DNA of 63,325 nucleotides, the filler included, from Octopus bimaculoides (Eukaryota): the NCBI RefSeq assembly GCF_001194135.2. It is 6 parts of 5 records of this genome, joined end to end, with 100 filler letters (N's around TTAATTAATTAA, not from the genome) between each part and the next. Parts side by side here need not be neighbours in the genome. Positions count along the whole stretch, not along the records: positions 35,907 to 62,164 come from NC_068986.1; positions 62,265 to 63,325 come from NW_026411301.1; 4 more parts are not named here. One strand, given 5' to 3'. Within the stretch, counting starts at the first letter, position 1. Each line of letters opens with the position of its first letter. Below, in pieces: positions 53,881 through 63,325 of this stretch. The position numbers and the translations under genes are program-made. The notes under the pieces were generated by a model. That model ran no database searches. It was given only the letters and a program-made list of their open reading frames with translations, and had not been told where the DNA came from.

Positions 53881-55126
53881 AAATTGAACACAGGAGTGAT
53901 ATAATGTTACACAAATATAACTAATCTTAATCAAAATAAGGTATCTTTAATTCATTGCTCATAATATGTAATTAAAAATTTATTAATTAAAGATGCGATA
54001 ACAATCTCAATGTGAATAAGACAGTAGAAAATGGAAGAATCTCGAAAATATGAAGAGTACGGACACATTTCTTCTATCAAGAAATGAATCTCAGCATTAC
54101 GCGTACACACACACTCGTACACACATGCACACACACATACACACATACATACGCACATACATACGTGCACTCATATACAAATACACACACACACACAAAG
54201 AATAATTACTACATGCAAAGAATGCTATCTCTTCACGTTTGTACATCCAAATACGTACAGCCACTCACACATGCATGCAAGCGGCGCTCACACACGCGCG
54301 CACGCACACATACACACACGCACATATGTGTAAGTACAGTGATATTATTGGCAGTGGCGGTGAAGTTTTGTCGGGTGGTTAGTTAAAACAGTTTGAATAA
54401 GCAAGACACCTGTCAAGACTTCGAAGTCACCACCATTCCGCTCATAAATATAAGAGTTTACAGCTGAATTGAATATCTTTATCAGTTAACGTTTTCCACT
54501 TCTATGCACATCAAAACACTCATTTTTACTATACACATACACACATACATACATACATACATACATACATACATACATACATACATACATACATGCATAC
54601 AAATTTATATCTATACCAATGATAATTGGAACACTTGGTTTTGTAAGTAAATGTCTAACTATCAATTTGGATAAGCTCAGATTTTCAGGAAAAAAAAAAA
54701 AATCAAGCGATTTGCATTTTACAAATACAATTTGTAAGTGGCACAGTAAAACTATGCAAGACTTTTTTCAGCTTTAAAATGTAACATTGTTTTCATTATC
54801 TACATTCTAAATTTGGAACTTTGTATCTGTGGTAGAAACCAGTTCCTTCTTCAGAGAATTTAAATGATTAAAAATAGAAGGGACCTACCTACCTACCTAC
54901 AGACCTAGCTACCTGGCTGGCTGGCTGGCTGGCTGGCTGCCTGCCTGCCTACCTACCTACCTACCTACCTACCTACCTATACATACATATATGCATACAT
55001 ACATACATACATACATACATACATACATACACGAATGTAAGCGCCGACGAGATCAATGACTTGCGCTGATCGTTTGATTTTGTGCTTACATATATAACTG
55101 TACATATGTACATGAACATATATTTA

Positions 55127-55181
<55 letters not shown>

Positions 55182-55207
55182 TCTATCTGCCTGCCTGCCT
55201 GCCTGCC

Positions 55208-55327
<120 letters not shown>

Positions 55328-56371
55328 CATCTATTTATCTATCTATCTATTTAGGTCTACACATGCGCGCACACACACACACACACAACTGTCATCCTAA
55401 AAAAAGCCCCACAAAAACAAGCAGAAACGATGCAATTATTAGAAGAATCACATCGACGGTAAAAGCGAGAAGAGCTACAAGATGAAAACTAAGCATGACA
55501 ACAATAGTAACAAGAACAGTAGTATCTCGGAAAATTTATTTAACCAAACCGAAGAAAAAAGTTCCAGGATTTTGATTGAAGTTGTTAATCAAATACAATT
55601 GGTAGATTACTTTAGAATCGTTTTGTGATGTTGGTAGCGATGAAGATTGGTGATGATGCTGATTGTGTAACTGCTGACGGTTTTACTGAATACGATTCAC
55701 AGAAATGATGTTGACGGTGGTGGTGGTGATGGTGGTGACGGTGGTGGTAGTGGCAGTGAAGGTTGTGGTGATGGTGGCGGTGATGATGGTGGTAATGATG
55801 AAGGTGTTGTTGCTGTAGTGATTACAGTGTGGCGGTGGTGGTAATAGTGGTGATGGTGATGTTGACTGTGATGTTAATGGTTGTAGTGTTGTATATAATG
55901 GTGGTGCTGTTGAATATAGTGGTGGTGGTAGTAGTGATGGTGATGATGATAACTATAGTCCTGGTAAGAATATTGACGATTGTGATGATAGTCACTGCTG
56001 GTCATAATGATGATGATGATGACGACGACGACAACGACGACGACGATGATGATGATGATGATGATGACGACGACGATGAATGATGATGATGATGATAACG
56101 AAGACAACAACGACGATGATGATGACGATGTTGATGATGATGATGATGATGATGATAATGAACATATGTTATGCTCAATTGTCGATTTCTTATATCTTAG
56201 TCTCGTTATTCGGGGTTGGTCTTCATTCTCGTATATTGGAAAGTGTTTGTGCGATCATAGTCTTTGGGGATCGCTTACTTTGGTATTGTTTAGTTGTCCT
56301 CACAGGCAACCTAATTAGGCTTGGACAATGCTTAAATATTAATGTCTAGTTTTGTGGGGTACACACACACA

Positions 56372-56421
<50 letters not shown>

Positions 56422-57058
56422 GGGAAAATTCACAAAAAACCCCCAAAAGACGAGACAGGTGGTGTAGACAACAAANNNNNNNNNNNNNNNNNNNNNNNNN
56501 NNNNNNNNNNNNNNNNNNNNNNNNNNNNNNNNNNNNNNNNNNNNNNNNNNNNNNNNNNNNNNNNNNNNNNNNNNNNNNNNNNNNNNNNNNNNNNNNNNNN
56601 NNNNNNNNNNNNNNNNNNNNNNNNNNNNNNNNNNNNNNNNNNNNNNNNNNNNNNNNNNNNNNNNNNNNNNNNNNNNNNNNNNNNNNNNNNNNNNNNNNNN
56701 NNNNNNNNNNNNNNNNNNNNNNNNNNNNNNNNNNNNNNNNNNNNNNNNNNNNNNNNNNNNNNNNNNNNNNNNNNNNNNNNNNNNNNNNNNNNNNNNNNNN
56801 NNNNNNNNNNNNNNNNNNNNNNNNNNNNNNNNNNNNNNNNNNNNNNNNNNNNNNNNNNNNNNNNNNNNNNNNNNNNNNNNNNNNNNNNNNNNNNNNNNNN
56901 NNNNNNNNNNNNNNNNNNNNNNNNNNNNNNNNNNNNNNNNNNNNNNNNNNNNNNNNNNNNNNNNNNNNNNNNNNNNNNNNNNNNNNNNNNNNNNNNNNNN
57001 NNNNNNNNNNNNNNNNNNNNNNNNNNNNNNNNNNNNNNNNNNNNNNNNNNNNNNNNAG

Positions 57059-57302
57059 AGATAGAGAGAGTCACGTTAAAAAAATAGTTAAAACCTACTG
57101 TATAAAGGTTAACGCGTGCGTTCTGTCGTGATACAAACAATATATGAGTATATGCATATATATGTACATGTATATACATATCTTCATCCACATGTACATA
57201 TATATGCATATACTCATATATTGTTTGTATCACGACAGAACGCACGCGTTAACCTTTATACAGTAGGTTTTAACTATTTTTTTAACGTGACTCTCTCTAT
57301 CT
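57059..57302. repeat. Perfect inverted repeat, 113-bp arms and 18-nt loop
   Basis: 57059-57171 is the reverse complement of 57190-57302; the ORF track gives the same peptide start on both strands. Confidence 0.95.
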
Positions 57303-57961
57303 CTATATCTATCTCCCCCTCTCATTCTTCCCTCTACTGTTCTTCGCCTCTACTTGTCACTACTATCTCTCTCTTTCTCTATCTCTTGTCACTCGTCCTT
57401 CGCCTCTCACCGTTACTATTACTATATCTCTCTCTCTCTACGTCTCGTTGCTCACTTTTATTCTACTTCTTCCCCTTCTTTTCCCTCTGCTACTCTTTCT
57501 CTTTACACAGCCTTGGTCACGTGTGTCCGGCTGTTATTTCCTTTCGTTCTTGGATTCCCCAAGCTCGCACGTACTTCTTTGCCCCTCCTGTTCGTGCTTC
57601 ATAGCGTTCAATACATACACACTTCACGTCTGGCTGTACAGGCTTTTTGCTTGTTTGTTCATTCACCGTTTCGTTTTCCTGTCTTGTTTACCGTCCGCCA
57701 CTACCCTCCACGAAAATAATTTAATTTGTGTTCGTGGGAAGAACCATTTCAATGATGCGTACTGCCTTAATTCTTCGAAACGCCGGTGTTTTAATGGTGG
57801 CAGCTGATGAAGGAGATGTTTCTATGTGGCTTGCTTGTTTGTTGTACCTTGTTTATCATTTTGTCCATGTTCTTTTGCCACGTCATGTACCCAGTTATGT
57901 ATCTATATGTACATGTAGATGAAGGTATGTACATACATGTACATATATATATGCATATACT

Positions 57962-57970
<9 letters not shown>
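57190..57970 (+). mobile_element. ~750-bp terminally redundant repeat unit carrying a permuted hammerhead-like core (PLE terminal repeat or retrozyme-like)
   Basis: acatgtacatatatatgcatatactcatatat occurs at 57190 and again at about 57936; HHR-like motif at 57771-57816. Confidence 0.55.
57771..57816 (+). ncRNA. Hammerhead-like core in type II order (GAAAC before CUGAUGA)
   Basis: UCUUC-GAAAC-GCCGGU-GUU...CUGAUGA-A-GGAGA. Helix II has 5 bp; helix I is weak. Confidence 0.4.
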
Positions 57971-57992
<22 letters not shown>

Positions 57993-58007
57993 ATATATGT
58001 ATATGTA

Positions 58008-58062
<55 letters not shown>

Positions 58063-58167
58063 GTATATATAAATAATACAGAATGGGACAAGAACGCAAA
58101 ACATCCAGACAGTTAGGTGATACAAGAAAGGGAGAAAACATACAGATAGACGATACAAAGAAAACAC

Positions 58168-58205
58168 GGACATGTCAATCGGAGTTTTCTCTCTTCAGTC
58201 GAGAT
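58168..58205 (-). ncRNA. Decayed minimal hammerhead-like motif
   Basis: CUGAAGA-GAG-AAAA-CUC-C-GAUUGAC-AU-GUC. GAAA is mutated; the ACAUGU palindrome and GUC are retained. Confidence 0.35.
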
Positions 58206-58599
58206 CCAGATTATCATTCCAACTTCGATATTGCTCCAATCTGGCCAGCTCCAAGGAAAAAACTAAGCTAAGAGCATTAGATTCCTTGGGAGAAAGCAGC
58301 GAATGTATAGAAAAACAAGGATGGGAAAAAACGAACAATGTTACACAAATACAGTAGGAATAATAACAGGACATAACAGCAGATGTCTTTCGACTAAGGA
58401 CGAATAAAATTAAGCTGGCGTATATGGAAATAAGGCCTTACAACTGGGATACAAGATTTCAAACGCACAGGGAGAAATAACGATGTTGCACGCACAACGG
58501 CCGAAAAACGAAGAACAAACACAAGAAAAAGAAAAACAATAACGCGAGGATGTGGTACATGTAAAGTATTAGCAGACATTCAGGGAAGGAAAGAAAGGT

Positions 58600-58636
58600 T
58601 GTTTTACGTTTCTAGCGAAGCTCTTCTTCAGAAACA
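58600..58636 (-). ncRNA. Minimal type I hammerhead ribozyme-like motif
   Basis: UGUUU-CUGAAGA-A-GAGC-UUC-GCUA-GAAAC-GUA-AAACA. Helix I 5 bp, ACGU palindromic helix III, GUA site, one helix II mismatch. Confidence 0.65.
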
Positions 58637-58707
58637 GGAGACAGAGGAAAGTCCAATGGAAAAGGAAGATAAAGGAAACAAATCGCATGTGGTTACATTT
58701 TGAAACT

Positions 58708-58765
<58 letters not shown>

Positions 58766-58808
58766 TATATATATATATATACATAATATGTGTGTATGTG
58801 TGTGTGTT

Positions 58809-58841
<33 letters not shown>

Positions 58842-58959
58842 TACAACGAAAATTTTATATTATGGACATAGATTTACTCAAGGTATTAAATTTTTGTTGT
58901 AATAATTACTGCTCTATTCTTTAGAGTGCGCTTCTTTCTGATATATGTTTCTTTTAATT

Positions 58960-58965
58960 AACTGG

Positions 58966-59033
<68 letters not shown>
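58960..59033. repeat. (TA)n microsatellite
   Basis: Visible. Confidence 0.98.
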
Positions 59034-59035
<2 letters not shown>

Positions 59036-59265
59036 TTCTTCCTCTATTTGTAATTAATTATTCCTGGAGGTTTTCGAAAAATTGACCATATTTTCTTTTT
59101 TCTTTTTCTAATTCTCCCATCATCTTACACTGGAAATTTCCTTTCGCACGTAAAAGTGGTCAGTATCTGATAGAGTAGCCGACGACTAACGTAATGTAAC
59201 CTAAAATTTCCTTTCTTTTCTTTTCTCTTACATATCTTCAAACATAATTAATTATCTATTTACTT

Positions 59266-59349
59266 ATTCCTGATGAAGAGGTCATTGTCAGTGTGAAACT
59301 AAAGGATTCATACCTGTTGAATAATGGACCCCAGAAACGGCCGTCGGAT
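59266..59349 (+). ncRNA. Type I hammerhead ribozyme-like motif with an extended helix II loop
   Basis: AUUC-CUGAUGA-AGAGGUCAUU...AAUGGACCCCA-GAAAC-GGCC-GUC-GGAU. ACGGCCGU palindrome, GUC site, helix I 4 bp. Confidence 0.7.
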
Positions 59350-59776
59350 TGTTTCATATTGGCGTTATAGCCCTCTATAAACATTTCTTCAGCAATCTCC
59401 TAAACTTTGGAATCTATAATTAGGATTTCTCACTACTGCCGATGTACCTTAGTACTTTTAATCCTTAAACCAACATTTTTTAATCTTAAATTTAATATGA
59501 TTTTTAATCGATATCAACCTTTATTTATCCTTCTCACGTACATTTTTACCTCGTATAACTCCTATTTCTTTCTAAATAATATATAGATATGTTCCTTGTC
59601 TTGATGTAATTTTATGATATATGTATTTATTATGTTGATGTAAATCATAAATATAAAATGATCATCTAAATTTTTGTGTCTTCATATACCAACTTATATA
59701 ATGTCTAACGTCTCGAGTTTGACTTGAGCACTTCCAAGCAATTGTGTAAACAAATATTTTCGAAAGAAAAAATATC

Positions 59777-59811
<35 letters not shown>

Positions 59812-59970
59812 CTATTTGTATATATGTATAATAGACATAGCGATTCCAATAACCTGGTGTTAGAACTCCACATATGCTTCAGAGAAAGGCGTTAGTCAAG
59901 TACAGAATTTCGCGCTCCCTTACGTTATCCGTATCGCTATGCTTAAGCGAAATATCCAAACTCATACATA

Positions 59971-60187
59971 CGTGGAATACTGAAAAGTTTTTGGCTTTAA
60001 GGATTTCGCAAAAGGTCTAGATGGAATCCCAATTTTCTGAGTTCTTTTACATGGCTTTAAAAAAAAAAAACTGAAGGACCGCCGCAAAATTGCAAATTTG
60101 GGATGGTATGTTGAATAAAATCATAATTAACTGACACTCCTGTTCTTTTTCTTTTATCCAAAGTCAGGAATTTTTCAGCATCCATCA
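59971..60187. mobile_element. 217-bp mariner-type MITE
   Basis: Imperfect TIRs (ctgaaaagtttttggcttt and ctgaaaaattcctgacttt), TA at 59969-70 and 60188-89, TIR core shared with 29738-30937. Confidence 0.75.
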
Positions 60188-60195
60188 TACATACA

Positions 60196-60229
<34 letters not shown>

Positions 60230-60664
60230 CGTATATATATGTTAAATATTTTCATACTTCCATTTTGTGATGCGTGAATTTTTTCAGAGTCTCAAATTCT
60301 AATTCTGCCACATACTTTTCAAATGGACAAGGGATTATTTTACATCCTTTGTTTTTGTATTTTCAAAATACGATGGGAGTTCTTTTTAACAGTGTTTAAA
60401 TCTTAGAATGTTGCATCAGTGTATCCTAAACACGCCCTTCCTCACCTCCGCCGGTTCTGGTTCTACGTAACGGTCATCCTTGTTAGAAACTAAGAGTCGC
60501 TTGCATACATTTGTCGTAATAAGCTCTACGCATGGTCATTCCTATTCAGTACTCTGATGAAAAATGACCCACATGAAATAGTGGTATTATTTACAAAGTC
60601 CTGTATGAAATAATGATTCTTTTCGAAAGGCTCCGTCCGGACAAGAAATAAGTAAAGTTTTTTA

Positions 60665-60810
60665 GACATGGCTGTGTGGTTAAGAAACTCGCTTTGCAGC
60701 CATACGTTTTCGGGTTCAGCCTCACAGTGTGGCACCGTGAGCAACAGTCTTTTATTAGCTCCGGACTCGCTAGTGACTCATGACGGAAACTATGTGGAAG
60801 CTCGTCAAGC
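60665..60810 (+). mobile_element. SINE family C head, diverged
   Basis: gacatggctgtgtggttaagaaac...cgggttcagcctcacagtgtggcacc. Confidence 0.75.
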
Positions 60811-61576
60811 GTGAATTGAGGAGATTAGCTGTTACTTTTAGCAGAGCGAACGACCATGTAGGTTCGTTGTCTGATGATGGTGTTAGCGCTGACTGCAGAT
60901 AATGGTGGTGTTGGTCGTATAAGTGATGACGACGATGACGATAACGTAGTTGCTGGTGCTGCTGCCGATGATCATGACGACGACGTCAACGATGACATTG
61001 GTAGTACTGGTAGTGGTGGTTGTAGTGGTGGTGGTGATTGTATTGGCGGTGGTGCTGGTGGAGACGAGGGTAGTAGTGACGATGAAGTTGAAGTTGCTAC
61101 TGCTAATATTGATTGATGATAATGAAGACGACGCTACTGCTGCTGCGGGTGATGATGATGATGATGATGATGACGATGATGACGACAACAACGACCATGA
61201 TGAGGACGATGACATCGATTATGATGATGACAATGCTAACGATATTGACGATGGCGATGTTAAGAAATATGATTCGCCGAAAGTATGAGAAAATCCTGCC
61301 CAACTCATGTGAATATGATTGATAAAAGAAACGGCTGAGTAAAAATATTTGCAGCTGTACCACATTGAACACATCAATTTGCAGAAAGTCTCTAACGGAA
61401 TCTGCTTGGAGGGCCGATTAAAAGTGTTTTTGCGAAATATTTAACCAACACATCAACTGCAAAGAAGAACAAAACTGCAAAGAAAAACAAAACTAAAAAC
61501 GTCAAAACTAAAAAAAGAAATAGACATATGTATGCGTGTATGCGTGTATGTGTATATATATGTATGTATATGTATA

Positions 61577-61676
<100 letters not shown>

Positions 61677-61694
61677 CACACAAAGACACACACT

Positions 61695-61733
<39 letters not shown>

Positions 61734-62702
61734 ATATATGTACGTATATATGTAGGGAAAGAGAGAGTAAGAGGGAAAGAGAGGGAGCGGGAGAAAATTC
61801 TACTTTTTCACGAAAAATCAGTCATACGTTCCTCCACATCATTAAGGAGTAAAACAAAGATTTATATTAAAAGATGAGAATATATAAAAGTTAATAACAA
61901 ACCAAACATAGGACGTACCTTCATGCATACATACATATGTACGTACGTGCATACACATATTCATAGACACATACACACAACGTACACAGATAAATATGTA
62001 AATGCAAAAATGTAAACATATGTATACTTAAATATGTGTGTGCGTGTGTATATGCATGTGCAGATATAAGTATATACATATATACACATATTTGTAGGAT
62101 ATACATATGTTTATACACGGTGGCATACAGGCACACATAAGCAATATATATATATATATATATANNNNNNNNNNNNNNNNNNNNNNNNNNNNNNNNNNNN
62201 NNNNNNNNTTAATTAATTAANNNNNNNNNNNNNNNNNNNNNNNNNNNNNNNNNNNNNNNNNNNNGAGAGAGAGAGAGAGTGAGAGAGAGAGGGAGAGGGA
62301 GAAAGAAAGAGAAAAGGAGAAGAGAGACAAAGAAATTTAGGGAGAGTTGTTTTATTAGAAAGAGGAAAAGTGGGTGACACGCATACATACACACACACAC
62401 ACATATATAGATGTTTATATATATACAGGCACGTATACACATGCACACCCACACGCACACATGCAATATGCATATACATACACCTGAACACTATACACAA
62501 AAATGTCATTATTATTATTACACACACACACACATAAACACACACACATATATATACACACACATATATACACACACACATATATATATATATACACATA
62601 TATATGCGCACACATGTATATACACGAGTGGTGAGATAAACTATCAGATTCAGTTTTAACAAGAACAATAATAGTAATGATGATGATAGTAATATTATTA
62701 TT

Positions 62703-62743
<41 letters not shown>

Positions 62744-62756
62744 CAACAACAACAAC

Positions 62757-62802
<46 letters not shown>

Positions 62803-62864
62803 GTAATAATAATAGTAGTAATAACATTACGAATGATAATCCACCACACACAGAGACACACACA

Positions 62865-62902
<38 letters not shown>

Positions 62903-63269
62903 CTATATATACATACACGGTTTGAAATCATGGAAATCTCGCAGCTGTTTTGATAAAACTAATTAAAGACTTAAGATTTCTGCGTCGTTCTTACGGCTTC
63001 CTAAAGTTGTTAAGCAGTTACGCAGCTCACTTTAAACACTCCTCGATTGCATATGTCTCACTGACAAAACAAAGAGCACACACGAAACTAACCCCGCTAC
63101 ACGCAAAAAACACTAGTTAGAAACGGAACCACCGAAACGTATGGTGACGTAAGCACGGCGTCGAACGAGCTACAAGAAATATAAGATCGTCACACCCCTC
63201 CCAACACCTTTAAACAACACACACATAATTTCCTTTTTAGCTTTAAACGCTGATTAACCAGAGTGTCCT

Positions 63270-63325
63270 TCTATAAACTCTTTACTCTCTTTTACTCTTT
63301 TACTTGTTTCAGTCATTTGACTGCG
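63270..63325 (-). mobile_element. SINE family C 3' tail, running off the window end
   Basis: (ctctttta)n cttgtttcagtcatttgactgcg is the reverse complement of the family C tail. Confidence 0.8.

Noticed and set aside
55829-56349. Poly-D/M/T ORFs (similar at 37.2-37.6 kb and 60.9-61.3 kb)
   Set aside because: (GAT)/(GAC)/(GGT) trinucleotide tracts that are open in several frames, with no splice or domain support.
60446-60490. Possible 44-nt minus-strand exon (SNKDDRYVEPEPAE) with a GAG|GTGAGG donor
   Set aside because: Poor acceptor tract and no recognisable homology.
60554-60590. CTGATGA...GAAAT hammerhead-like string
   Set aside because: Helix I cannot form and helices II and III are weak, so it is probably chance. 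The CTGATGA at about 37484 and 60890 likewise lack a GAAA partner.

Overview
This is repeat-dominated, gene-poor eukaryotic DNA from a gapped draft scaffold. The microsatellite density, the tRNA-derived SINE families and the assembly style point to an octopus genome, which is an inference. No recognisable host protein-coding gene is present, only weak exon candidates. Most ORFs in the track are translations of microsatellites or N-gaps. Supported content: decayed LINEs of four clades (RTE x2, Tx1/L1-like, CR1, R4/Dong-like), Penelope-like element (PLE) fragments, three mariner relics plus a related MITE, a Helitron-like 5' end, many SINEs and simple repeats. The most interesting signal is a set of hammerhead-ribozyme (HHR)-like motifs, concentrated at 56.4-59.4 kb. 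They include two near-intact minimal type I hammerheads, a same-strand pair 436 nt apart, and a permuted (type II order) core inside a ~750-bp terminally repeated unit. That unit is joined to a perfect 113-bp fold-back of itself. Other highlights are a PHD-type zinc finger inserted in an RTE reverse transcriptase, a 57-nt intron-like sequence ahead of an ATG ORF, and a CTCF-like motif. SINE boundaries are approximate and were read by eye.
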